Positions 28,546 to 37,567 of a stretch of 51,203 nt of DNA are shown here, piece by piece. The stretch covers positions 1 through 51,203 of IMG/VR virus record IMGVR_UViG_3300021079_000011, one strand, 5' to 3'. The translations under genes were made by a program, and so were the position numbers. This DNA comes from a virus. Its lineage: Duplodnaviria; Caudoviricetes. The notes under the pieces were generated by a model. It saw only the letters and a list, made by a program, of their open reading frames with translations. It was not told the origin of the DNA and ran no database searches. The stretch's first letter is position 1. The number at the start of each line of letters is the position of its first letter.

Positions 28546-30161
28546 AAGCTTTCATAGCCTTGGGCAAAAACGGAGATATTTTGTCCGTGTTGCCCATTCT
28601 TTTCCGCGAGTTTGAACTGACCGGGGAACATCCATACCTTGTTGTTTCGCGCCAATACGCCGACCTTCTTAAATATGTCAGCTACGTCAGGGTTGTTGTT
28701 TGGGACGGGCATTGGCAGGACTTGACCGGGGCAATGAGGTTCTCCAAGGAGTATTTTGACGAGGTTGTTACGCTTCAAGTTTTCTCCAAGGATTTTTCCA
28801 TACAAAAAAGACGGCCATCATTCCAGATTGACCAATGGCAACGGGCTGGGTGCGACGAACATTTTGGGCTTTGGAAGGGCGTTGTTGACCTGCGCGACAA
28901 GCATGAAGAATCTTTGCTGACGAAAAAAATAAATGACGGCGCGATTCTGATTGCGGACTTCAGCGAGTCTTCGCCATTCCCGCAAGCAGCCGAGCTTGTT
29001 GAATTGTTCAAGGGCTGGTTTCCAAACCGTCAGGTTGTCAGGCTGTCTGAATTCAAGTCTTCCAACATCGCAAACTTTTTGGGCTTATACGACAAGGCCG
29101 AGCTTCTGGTCAGTGTTGAGACGGCACATCTGCACCTGTCCGCTTCAAGCACAGTCCCGGTAATCGCCTTGGCCACAGACAAGCCGAGCAAGTGGCACGG
29201 GTCAGCTTGGCAAAGCCGATACCTGTTCTATGTAAGATATTCAGACTTCAACAGCAGGAAGAGTGAAATGTTTCAGGCGGCAGATTCCGTTCTGAACGAC
29301 AAGCCGAGCCAAGAAAATTCGACGGTGCTGAAGACGCAGATAAAACACGGCTACAACCCGAGCTATATTGAGCATGGGGGCAAGAAGATTCTGGTTTACC
29401 GACATCACGCAACAAATTCTTGGCATACCAAACTTTCATTGGAAGAAGACGGGGTATTGAGCGCAATCCATTTCCATGAATTTTTTGAAGATTCAAGCAT
29501 CGAAGACCCGAAGCTTTTTGTCTTTGGCGGAAAGCTTCACATTTCGTTTATCGTGGCTCGGGCAGAGCATGGGCAATGGTTTTGCTGGGTTGCTTACGGA
29601 GAACTTTTCAAGGTTGGCGACAGGTGGGAGGTTGACAACATCAACAAGGTAAATTTTGGCGACAACTCTGGTGCTGGGATGGAAAAGAATTGGGTTTTCT
29701 TTGAGAACAACGGAAAGCTTATGGCTCTTTACGGCGAAAAAGAATTGCAAGTTGTGGTTGAGGTTAATGGCGAGCTTGTCGTTGCCGTCCACAAGTCGAG
29801 CCCTGTCCCTTGGGATTACGGGGAAAAGAGGGGTGGTTGCATAGTGCCGCTTGGCGACAATTTTTTAAGAATCTTTCACTCGCACAGGTCTGAAAGCGGT
29901 CAGAGCAGAGATTGGATTTATTACATGGGTGCTGTCCTGATGGAATCAAAGCCGCCATTTGCACAGTTGCAAGTCAGGCAGATGCCGCTGGTTTCTGGCG
30001 ATGAAAAATGGTTGCCAGACTGCAAGCGTTGGAAGCCATCAGTTGTGTTCCCCGGCGCAATAATCAGGAATGGCAGCGGTTGGGACATTTATTTTGGGTC
30101 GAACGATTGCGAGTGCAAAAAAATCCATATAACCGAAGAACTGTTAAGACTAAACCCATGA
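28542..30161 (+). CDS. fusion of GT9/heptosyltransferase-like domain and GH130-like beta-propeller
   Basis: N-half LGKNGDIL..LP, LLVSVETAHLHLSA...PVIAL; C-half GYNPS, IEDPKLF, EKNWVFF, RGG, VVFPGA, GSND. Confidence 0.7.
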   Translation: MKAFIALGKNGDILSVLPILFREFELTGEHPYLVVSRQYADLLKYVSYVRVVVWDGHWQDLTGAMRFSKEYFDEVVTLQVFSKDFSIQKRRPSFQIDQWQRAGCDEHFGLWKGVVDLRDKHEESLLTKKINDGAILIADFSESSPFPQAAELVELFKGWFPNRQVVRLSEFKSSNIANFLGLYDKAELLVSVETAHLHLSASSTVPVIALATDKPSKWHGSAWQSRYLFYVRYSDFNSRKSEMFQAADSVLNDKPSQENSTVLKTQIKHGYNPSYIEHGGKKILVYRHHATNSWHTKLSLEEDGVLSAIHFHEFFEDSSIEDPKLFVFGGKLHISFIVARAEHGQWFCWVAYGELFKVGDRWEVDNINKVNFGDNSGAGMEKNWVFFENNGKLMALYGEKELQVVVEVNGELVVAVHKSSPVPWDYGEKRGGCIVPLGDNFLRIFHSHRSESGQSRDWIYYMGAVLMESKPPFAQLQVRQMPLVSGDEKWLPDCKRWKPSVVFPGAIIRNGSGWDIYFGSNDCECKKIHITEELLRLNP

Positions 30162-30775
30162 GCAAGATATTTGAAGAAATTGCAGTCGCACACAAAAAGC
30201 TTACGGGCTGGTGTTCGTTGACCAAGGCGCAAACTCTGGCCGCAACAGTCCTGAGCATCAGGCCGTCTATCACTGTCGAGATAGGCGTTTGGGGCGGCAA
30301 AAGCCTGATACCAATGGCCATCATGCACAGGCATATAAATCACGGCAAAGTCTGGGCGATTGACCCTTGGAGTCAGACCGCTTCGATTCAAGGTCAGGTA
30401 AACCCTGAGGATGTCGAGTGGTGGTCACATCAAGACCGTCATAACTATGCGTATTCAGAATTTGAAAAGAACCTTGTCGAAAATGGGTTAATGGGAATTG
30501 TTCACATTGAAAGATTTCCAAGTGACGATGTTGAGCCCCCGGATGGAATAGGGCTTTTCCATTGTGACGGCAATCATGGCGAACAAGCCATACGCGACAT
30601 CGTTAGGTTTGCGCCAAAGATAATTGTCGGTGGCGTTGCTGTTCTTGACGACATCGGCTGGACTGGTGGCGCAATAAATCTGGCTGTTGAAAAACTTTTA
30701 CAGTCCGGGTTTGTCGAGCTATACAGGGTCACGGATGAAAGCTCAACTTGGGCTGTGTTCCAAAGAATAAAATGA
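30158..30775 (+). CDS. class I SAM methyltransferase (Methyltransf_24-like)
   Basis: VEIGVWGGKS, AIDPW, HCDGNH, GGVAVLDD; ATG 30158 overlaps the upstream TGA. Confidence 0.85.
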   Translation: MSKIFEEIAVAHKKLTGWCSLTKAQTLAATVLSIRPSITVEIGVWGGKSLIPMAIMHRHINHGKVWAIDPWSQTASIQGQVNPEDVEWWSHQDRHNYAYSEFEKNLVENGLMGIVHIERFPSDDVEPPDGIGLFHCDGNHGEQAIRDIVRFAPKIIVGGVAVLDDIGWTGGAINLAVEKLLQSGFVELYRVTDESSTWAVFQRIK

Positions 30776-31692
30776 AATCGCTGACTGTTGCATACATAAC
30801 AAGCCGATTTAACCCGAAGCTGGAATGGTTTCTGGACAGCCTGAAGAATCAACTCAAGGCTGGCGAATCTGTTGAGGTTATCATTGTTGACTCGTTCCCA
30901 GACTGCCATACACACGACCATCAGATTCCAAACATCAGCAAAATACAGGTTCAGCCAAAGCCTACGGTCTGGCAGGGTGAATATCGGCTTACCAAAGATA
31001 ATTGGTGGGCAAAATCCAACGCCTTGAACACGGCAATTTGCCTGTGCAAAACAGAATGGATTTCGTTTCTTGATGATAGGTGCGTGTTGCTTGACGGTTG
31101 GCTTGAAAGAATCAAGTCGGCTATGGCCGGGAATTATGCTGTGTGCGGCTCATACGAGAAACGAATCAACATGACGGTTGAAAACGGCGTGATTCAAAAT
31201 GGCGGGATTATCACAGGGAAAGATTGCCGGGACATGGGCGTTACTCAACCGATACCGTGCGGTGGAGAATGGCTGTTCGGTTGCAATTTCGCCCTACCGC
31301 TGGAATGGGCTTTGAACGTGAACGGGTTTGAAGAGTTGCTAGACGGACTTTCATCTGAAGACACCCAGTTTGGCGCGATGCTGTCCAACAACGGTTATCC
31401 GCTGAAGTTCGATGTCAAAATGAAAATCATTGAGGACAGAACATCATCTGAGATTGGCGCGGCCATGAAGCGAACTTCAAAAGAGCGGTGGGGCAATGAC
31501 GAGCAGGACAAGGGGCATGAAGCCATCCGAAGATTTCACGGTAACAAACAAGCCCAGCATGGGTTTAACATCAGAGAACTTCGCGCAAAAGTTTTGGCTG
31601 GCGAACCATTCCCGATTCCAGACAAGACCAAGGAACACAGGGATTGGTTTGATGGAATGTTAATCAAAGATTTCGACAACATAACCCCATGA
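30772..31692 (+). CDS. glycosyltransferase family 2-like
   Basis: VIIVDS, ALNTAI, ISFLDD, GCNFA, VNGFEE, SED..FG. Confidence 0.85.
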   Translation: MKSLTVAYITSRFNPKLEWFLDSLKNQLKAGESVEVIIVDSFPDCHTHDHQIPNISKIQVQPKPTVWQGEYRLTKDNWWAKSNALNTAICLCKTEWISFLDDRCVLLDGWLERIKSAMAGNYAVCGSYEKRINMTVENGVIQNGGIITGKDCRDMGVTQPIPCGGEWLFGCNFALPLEWALNVNGFEELLDGLSSEDTQFGAMLSNNGYPLKFDVKMKIIEDRTSSEIGAAMKRTSKERWGNDEQDKGHEAIRRFHGNKQAQHGFNIRELRAKVLAGEPFPIPDKTKEHRDWFDGMLIKDFDNITP

Positions 31693-32279
31693 AACCGCTA
31701 GTATCAGTTTTATTACCATCCAAAAAAAGGCTGTTACGGCTTTTGGATTGCATGGACTCGATAACAGCAACGGCAACCTTCCCTGAATCGGTTCAGTTTT
31801 GTATCAGGCTACATTCCGATGATGTTAGAACTTTGGACAGTATTTCATCAATACTTTCAATGGCAACAAATGTTAGAATAATTGTCGGCAGTCCGCTCGG
31901 GGGATATTCCGACCTCGCCAGCTTTTATCAGGATGCCGCCCTGATTGCAGATGGTGAATGGGTTTGGATTATGAATGATGATGTTATATCCGAGACTCAA
32001 GGCTGGGATGAAATGTTAAGGAAAGAACCTCTGGACGGCGTTATATTCCCCGAGATTCATCATTTGGGTGGCTCAAGATATATCCGAGATACGCACAACC
32101 CGTTTTTCTTCATGCCAAACAAGTTTTGGGAGAAGGAAGGCATAACAAAATTTTCAAATCAATTTGATGCTTCATTTTTCGAGTTGATGAAAAGATGTAA
32201 CTGGCCAATTAGGTTCATCCCAACATCAGTCTTCCATGATAGGGCAGAAAATGATGTTTTAGAAAAAGAGCGGGGCTAA
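31689..32279 (+). CDS. glycosyltransferase family 2-like
   Basis: VSVLLPS..R, DDV, GEWVWIMNDD, GWD. Confidence 0.8.
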   Translation: MKPLVSVLLPSKKRLLRLLDCMDSITATATFPESVQFCIRLHSDDVRTLDSISSILSMATNVRIIVGSPLGGYSDLASFYQDAALIADGEWVWIMNDDVISETQGWDEMLRKEPLDGVIFPEIHHLGGSRYIRDTHNPFFFMPNKFWEKEGITKFSNQFDASFFELMKRCNWPIRFIPTSVFHDRAENDVLEKERG

Positions 32280-32299
32280 AACTAATTGTTAAAAACCGC

Positions 32300-32328
32300 T
32301 TGACAGACAGATAACGATAAAGTATTCG
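32300..32328 (+). promoter_or_regulatory. capsid-gene promoter
   Basis: TTGACA, 17 bp, TATTCG in the intergenic region. Confidence 0.55.
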
Positions 32329-32340
32329 TTCTTCACGATG

Positions 32341-32489
32341 TATTAGTTGCTGTCGTCGTCAGCATCCAGCCAACGGAATAGTTGGACGGCTCTCCCGAGT
32401 CGCTTGCGTAAGCCAAAGTCGCTTCTGGCAAAAGTTCCCAAACAAAGAACCCGGCATGTGGTGTAATCACCCCCTGCCAAAACTGAATA
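32341..32489 (+). ncRNA. structured 5' leader of the capsid gene
   Basis: Six or seven consecutive short hairpins, apparently closed by TATTAGTT/AACTGAATA. Confidence 0.4.
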
Positions 32490-32495
32490 AAAACT

Positions 32496-33818
32496 ATGGC
32501 AGTCTCTTGCGATACATTACGGTCAAACTTTGCGCGACAAACGCCCGTCTTCGACGAGGCTTTTCTTCAAGATTACATTTCCGACATGGTGAACGAGCCT
32601 TTTGTTGGCCGTCACATGAACGAAACGTGGGAAGATGGCGCAGCATCCCGCACGTTCGACAAAATCCACGTTCAACAGCCGGATTACCTGAAGCCTTGGG
32701 CTCGGCGCGGCGTTGGCAACGGCTCGGATTGTGCCGCCCCCGTTTGCGCTCCCCCGCGCACACTGGTTGGCTACGGGACGACCCGCGACACCTATTTCAC
32801 CGAGCAAAAACTGTTGCAATCGCAACCGTTCTGCTTGGACGAACTCCGTCAGATTCCGAAGGTTGGCAAGCAGATTGAGCAGATTTACCGTATTCTGCGC
32901 CAGATGCCGCTCGCCTTCACCGGGGAATACCTGCGGACACACTTCTTCTCGTATCACGATACGATTCAAATTGCTGGCTCGGCGTTCAGCACGTTTTCAA
33001 CCACAACGGCGAACACTGACCCGAATCTTACCACTGTGAAGCTGGCGAGTGCCGGGGCTTTGCCTACCAGCGAGTTGACTTGGCCGATTTTGCAGTATTA
33101 CGGCCAGTTGCTCGGTATGCGCGGTTACGACCAGAATTCTGGTCTGGCCAAGGGCATGAGAAACTTGGTCACTCACAGCCGCACCTACTTCAAGTTGGTC
33201 GGCCAAAACCCCGAAATCAAGCCCCAGTTGCATCTGGTCGGCGTGAAGGATGTCAGTCCTCTGTATCAGATTGGAACTGGTGTCAATGCCGACCCGTTCG
33301 GCAATTTCGCCCCGACATTCGACGAAAAGCAGGTTCGCTGGCAGCATGTCGGCTCTGGCCTGTTGAATCGCGTGTTGCCCTACCTCAACACCCCGGCGAC
33401 GACTGGCGAAAAGCCCATCGTCAATACGGCATGGTTCAACGCCCGGTATGGCCTGAGCTACATCCTGCACCCGAAAGCGGCGGCATTGGTTACGCCCAAG
33501 CCGAAGAAAATCAGCGATGCTGTGCCATCGGTGAACAGCGCGATGTGGGGCAAATGGTCGTTCAAGAACCCGGATGGTTTGATTAGCTGGGAAAACAGCG
33601 ACGGGACGACCTGCACCAAGAACAACGACTTGCTCTGGTGGTTCTACTGGCTCTGCTACCTTGAAGTTGGCTTCAAATACGAGCAGCGGGATTTGGTCAT
33701 GCCCATCATCCATCTGATTGACGGCTCTGGGAAAGACTGCGTGGTTGACAGCCCTGTTTGTGGGGATGCACCGCAGTATGTCGCTCAGGACTACAATGTT
33801 GGTCTGATTGAGTGCTAA
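32496..33818 (+). CDS. major capsid protein
   Basis: 440 aa, C-ending codon bias suggesting high expression, own promoter and 3' hairpin, follows scaffold and GroES. Confidence 0.75.
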   Translation: MAVSCDTLRSNFARQTPVFDEAFLQDYISDMVNEPFVGRHMNETWEDGAASRTFDKIHVQQPDYLKPWARRGVGNGSDCAAPVCAPPRTLVGYGTTRDTYFTEQKLLQSQPFCLDELRQIPKVGKQIEQIYRILRQMPLAFTGEYLRTHFFSYHDTIQIAGSAFSTFSTTTANTDPNLTTVKLASAGALPTSELTWPILQYYGQLLGMRGYDQNSGLAKGMRNLVTHSRTYFKLVGQNPEIKPQLHLVGVKDVSPLYQIGTGVNADPFGNFAPTFDEKQVRWQHVGSGLLNRVLPYLNTPATTGEKPIVNTAWFNARYGLSYILHPKAAALVTPKPKKISDAVPSVNSAMWGKWSFKNPDGLISWENSDGTTCTKNNDLLWWFYWLCYLEVGFKYEQRDLVMPIIHLIDGSGKDCVVDSPVCGDAPQYVAQDYNVGLIEC

Positions 33819-33823
33819 CACTT

Positions 33824-33855
33824 TGGCTGGTGCGGAATAAACCCCGCACCAGCCA
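33824..33855 (+). terminator. 12-bp hairpin after capsid gene (partial terminator or mRNA stabiliser)
   Basis: TGGCTGGTGCGG/CCGCACCAGCCA; no immediate U-tract. Confidence 0.6.
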
Positions 33856-33870
33856 GAACCTTTCAAAATT

Positions 33871-34146
33871 ATGGACAAAAACCTTCCAACCGGGGAGACG
33901 ATGAACGAGGGTTCATCAATCCCGCCAGAAACACGCGCAGACGAGGCCGAAACAGCCGATATTCCGTTGTCTATGCTGGGCGATGTCTCCGAAGGCGAGA
34001 CGGTTACAGTCCGGGTCGTGAGCGTCAACGCCGATGCGGGGACTGCGACCATAACCAAAGCCGTTGACGAACCCGATGCCAGTCCGTCTGCGACGGATGC
34101 AATGGCTTCAGAGTTTGACAAAGAACAACCAACCGAACAGGCATAA
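33871..34146 (+). CDS. small acidic protein
   Basis: 91 aa with a small beta core EGETVTVRVVSV. Confidence 0.65.
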   Translation: MDKNLPTGETMNEGSSIPPETRADEAETADIPLSMLGDVSEGETVTVRVVSVNADAGTATITKAVDEPDASPSATDAMASEFDKEQPTEQA

Positions 34147-34152
34147 ACAATT

Positions 34153-34551
34153 ATGGCAAACCCAACTTGCACAGTCGCCAGCCTCATAACGAACAATCCG
34201 TGTTTTTCCGCGAAAGTTTTGGATGAACAGCATCAGTTGGCCTTGAAGATTTGGTTCATGGCCAACGAGTTGTCTGTCATTGGAGGGACAAACTACACGA
34301 ACACGCTGACATCAACGCTTTTGACTGATGCAACTGCGCTCTATCGAACCATGAACCCATCGCAGCGGCAGCTTGCGATTCTGAGCATCTACAAGAACAA
34401 TGCAGTCAACGCTGGCGCAACCATTTCCAGCGATATTCAGGCTTTGATGGCCAGTATCAAGTGTCTTGTCAACATGACACCCGACCAGCTTCAACAGGCT
34501 GAAATTCTCCTGTTATGCCAGCTTGGGTTTCACAAGACCCGGCCACAATAA
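34153..34551 (+). CDS. Cys-repeat paralog 1 (putative capsid decoration)
   Basis: Two copies of a ~33-aa unit, the second ending LLLCQL. Confidence 0.65.
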   Translation: MANPTCTVASLITNNPCFSAKVLDEQHQLALKIWFMANELSVIGGTNYTNTLTSTLLTDATALYRTMNPSQRQLAILSIYKNNAVNAGATISSDIQALMASIKCLVNMTPDQLQQAEILLLCQLGFHKTRPQ

Positions 34552-34558
34552 TTGAGTT

Positions 34559-34675
34559 ATGGACTGCACACCATCAGCATTGGCTTCAGGCGCAGTTTGT
34601 TTTGATTGCCTTTCCGATGCCGAGATAAAGTCCATCCGTGTCTATCTGTTGTGCCAATGGTTGAACAATCTGTAA
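34559..34675 (+). CDS. Cys-repeat paralog 2 (38 aa, not in ORF track)
   Basis: MDCTPSALASGAVCFDCLSDAEIKSIRVYLLCQWLNNL fills the gap exactly and matches its neighbours' repeat. Confidence 0.8.
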   Translation: MDCTPSALASGAVCFDCLSDAEIKSIRVYLLCQWLNNL

Positions 34676-34676
34676 A

Positions 34677-34904
34677 ATGGTCACTTGCACCGCAAACAGT
34701 CTAGCGACTGCGGCGAAACAGTTTGAGTCTCTTTCTGAGGCTCAATCTGTTGCGGTTCAAACATACCTGCTTGCGGTCATTGCTGGTGGCTCGACAAACC
34801 CGGCAACATTGCTGGCTGCGGCAAAGTGTTTTTGCCTTGGAGAACGCGAGTTAATGCAGATTCAAGATTATCTGCTTTGCACGATAGCAAATAACACGGC
34901 TTAA
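34677..34904 (+). CDS. Cys-repeat paralog 3
   Basis: Two repeat units (CTANSL...YLLAVI; TLLAAAKCFCL...YLLCTI). Confidence 0.75.
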   Translation: MVTCTANSLATAAKQFESLSEAQSVAVQTYLLAVIAGGSTNPATLLAAAKCFCLGERELMQIQDYLLCTIANNTA

Positions 34905-34910
34905 CGAATT

Positions 34911-35306
34911 ATGGCAGCTTGCGATGCACAATCTTTGTTGGCCGCATCCTGCAAATTCAACTGTCTTTCCGGGAAAGAGTTGGAGGTTGTTAAGGCTGAA
35001 TTGTTATGCCAGATTCTTCAAGCATCAAACCCTATGGCATCTTGTGACGCACAGACACTATTAAACGCTGGCAAAGCCTTCAACGGCCTACCAGCGCAGC
35101 AGCTCAATGTCATTCAGACCCAGCTACTTTGTGAGATTCTGAGCGGTGGCGGGACTGGTGGCGCAACCTGTGTCCTTTGCGGCGTGGTTGACCCAACAAC
35201 TGCTCCTACATCCTGTAATTGCGCTTTTTATTATCGGACAGATAACGCTGCGGTCTGGTTCTGGAACAATGGAAGCTCAAGCTGGACACCACTGATTGCG
35301 GCATGA
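34911..35306 (+). CDS. Cys-repeat paralog 4 with C-terminal beta domain
   Basis: CDAQSLL..ELLCQIL and CDAQTLL..QLLCEIL, then DPTTAP..FYYRTD..VWFW..W. Confidence 0.75.
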   Translation: MAACDAQSLLAASCKFNCLSGKELEVVKAELLCQILQASNPMASCDAQTLLNAGKAFNGLPAQQLNVIQTQLLCEILSGGGTGGATCVLCGVVDPTTAPTSCNCAFYYRTDNAAVWFWNNGSSSWTPLIAA

Positions 35307-35578
35307 AAACTGAATCCATAAGAAACAGCGTTTTTGCAAGGTGGAGCTTCATTAGAAATTGGAAGCCGACAATCATTTTGCTTTGTGACGAGTTGGATAA
35401 ATGCAATTCAAGGCCAGAGATTGAGCTTGGTCTTTTGAGGGATGAAATCGAAAAGCTTAAAAAACAGCTTGAAACAGCCGAGCTTGGGAACAAGAAACTG
35501 TGGCAATTCATCACGATAAACCAGCGGCTAGACCAGTCACCCGAAATGGGCAGCATCCGTAAACTATTGAAAAAATGA
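35303..35578 (+). CDS. hypothetical coiled-coil protein
   Basis: ATGA overlaps on both sides. Confidence 0.55.
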   Translation: MKTESIRNSVFARWSFIRNWKPTIILLCDELDKCNSRPEIELGLLRDEIEKLKKQLETAELGNKKLWQFITINQRLDQSPEMGSIRKLLKK

Positions 35579-37275
35579 AATTCATACCTGCAATTCTTTT
35601 GTTTTTTTGGCTGTCGTTGACCGGGTTGTTTGCCGCTGGTGAACCGATTCAAAGAACGGTTTGGACAACCAATACCGAGGCAAACGCCAAACTTTCTGGC
35701 GATGTCACAACCCCGGCTGGCTCGCTGGCATCAACGCTGGCTTCAACTGCGGTCACTCCCGGCAGTTACACGGCGGCGAACATCACGGTTGATGCCAAGG
35801 GTCGGATTACTGCGGCAGCAAATGGCTCTGGTTCTGGTGGATATACTGGCAGCGCAACCAACGGGCTTGCGTTCAATGCGTGGGGAACAACTAATAGGTG
35901 GTGGTTCACGAATGGATTAACTACGTCTGGACTAACAAATAACAATCTTACAGCAAATTCCGTAACTGGAACAGACGGAAATAAAGCAGAGTCAAGTTTA
36001 ACCCTCGCCGGAGGTCTCACAATCTCTGGAACGACATTGACAGCGGCGGGAGCGACCAACAACGCGAACTTGAGCAACAATCTCTCCTTCACCTTCACAG
36101 CGTTTCCTACGAACACAGGTTCAGATGCTCAAGTGTTGTCGTTGACTGGAAACAAAACCAAGTGGATTACATCAAGCGGCGGCGGAAGCGGCAGCGCGAA
36201 CGTCACCAACTCCTTGCTTTCATCCACCGCCACAACCACGAACGGAAACAAGGGCGACATGATTCTCGTGGCAGGCCCGGGCTTGCAGTTCACCAGCCAG
36301 AACAACACGCAGCTCGTCGCATCGCTGACGAGCAGCAACGGCAGTTATTTCATCATCACGAATTTCGTGTTCAACACCGTCCGCACAAACACCAGCGGGG
36401 CGATGCAGTTCGTCAACGGATTCGGATGGGTTCACACAGCGGCGGTGAATGGCCGCGCATCGCTCGAACTGATGGTTGACCAAAGAGGCGGAACTACATT
36501 CACTCGGCAGGCAGGGTTCGGAGTGGATACCGTAGTCGCCGTCACGCTGGCGACGGATTACACGAACACCTTTTCATGGCCGCTTTCAAACGCTGCAACT
36601 TATTATATCACCAATTCCAGCGACGGCTCGGGCAACTCCGCCGCGCTAATCAACGGCTCGCTTTCCACGTTCGGAGCTGCGGGTAACCTCGGAAACTTCG
36701 CCACCAACACCAGCACCGGCGACGGCACATTTTATCGTGATGTGACTGTCACGCGCAACATCACCAGCAAATCGAACAATTTCTTTCAGGTTAGCATAGA
36801 CCAAGGGACGACGCATATCGGACGCGCAGCACTTCAATCTTACGCAGAATCCACCGATTACGTCTTTTCAGGCGGCGTGAGCGGCGGAGCGCAGAATATC
36901 GTCATCCTTTCCAGCGGAGACGTTATCACCGTTGGAAATATAGACCTCGACGGAAAACTAACTGCTGGAGGCGGCGTTGACCCACCATATTTGTTGCTCG
37001 ACCTGCACACCCGCGCCGAAGTGAAAGCGTTGGTTCTTGATGAAGTCCCGCCAGAGAAACAGAACGGCGCGGCGGATTGCTTCCTCTCTGACGTGGACAC
37101 ACGTCCTAAACGTGCCTACTACGTCGCGAGCGAGGACAAGTTCTACGACATGACGGACAAACTCATCCCCGGCATCGTCCAGCCCGATGATGCGTTCATG
37201 GCCAAACGCGCCGCAAAGAGACAGTCCGACAAGGAAGAACGCGAAGCCGATTTCCGCGCTAAAAATCCGAAGTGA
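35575..37275 (+). CDS. fibre/adhesin-like protein with N-terminal signal peptide
   Basis: MKFIPAILLFFWLSLTGLFA; tail-fibre motif VTPGSYTAANITVDAKGRITAA; T/N/G/S-rich. Confidence 0.7.
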   Translation: MKFIPAILLFFWLSLTGLFAAGEPIQRTVWTTNTEANAKLSGDVTTPAGSLASTLASTAVTPGSYTAANITVDAKGRITAAANGSGSGGYTGSATNGLAFNAWGTTNRWWFTNGLTTSGLTNNNLTANSVTGTDGNKAESSLTLAGGLTISGTTLTAAGATNNANLSNNLSFTFTAFPTNTGSDAQVLSLTGNKTKWITSSGGGSGSANVTNSLLSSTATTTNGNKGDMILVAGPGLQFTSQNNTQLVASLTSSNGSYFIITNFVFNTVRTNTSGAMQFVNGFGWVHTAAVNGRASLELMVDQRGGTTFTRQAGFGVDTVVAVTLATDYTNTFSWPLSNAATYYITNSSDGSGNSAALINGSLSTFGAAGNLGNFATNTSTGDGTFYRDVTVTRNITSKSNNFFQVSIDQGTTHIGRAALQSYAESTDYVFSGGVSGGAQNIVILSSGDVITVGNIDLDGKLTAGGGVDPPYLLLDLHTRAEVKALVLDEVPPEKQNGAADCFLSDVDTRPKRAYYVASEDKFYDMTDKLIPGIVQPDDAFMAKRAAKRQSDKEEREADFRAKNPK

Positions 37276-37311
37276 ATCCAATGATAACGCACTTCCTCGG
37301 AACACAAAAAT

Positions 37312-37563
37312 ATGGAAAAAATACTTGAGGGCGCAATCGGGCAAGCTCCATCGCTGGTCGTGCTTGTCGTCGTGGTGGTGGTGTTCCTGAAGCACTTGCG
37401 CGACAGAGACAAGGAGTTTTCCGCCGTAGTCCGAGAAATCGCCGAGCGGGAGCATGACGCACGCAAGCAATCCCGCGAAGTCATAGCCCATTGCACCAAC
37501 ATCATCGAACGCTCGGCGGTCGTAATGGGGCAATGCGTTGAAGCACTAAACCGAGGACGATAA
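37312..37563 (+). CDS. holin-like membrane protein
   Basis: One TM segment (LVVLVVVVVVFL) plus charged helix; follows the fibre gene. Confidence 0.5.
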   Translation: MEKILEGAIGQAPSLVVLVVVVVVFLKHLRDRDKEFSAVVREIAEREHDARKQSREVIAHCTNIIERSAVVMGQCVEALNRGR

Positions 37564-37567
37564 ATTT

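Noticed and set aside
32456-33586. Alternative-frame + strand ORFs over the capsid gene
   Set aside because: Arg-rich off-frame composition; no slippery site identified to support a programmed frameshift
32997-34196. 399-aa minus-strand ORF, and similar ones at 24954-25538 and 26004-26630
   Set aside because: Antisense shadows of capsid and portal genes with biased codons; no recognisable motifs
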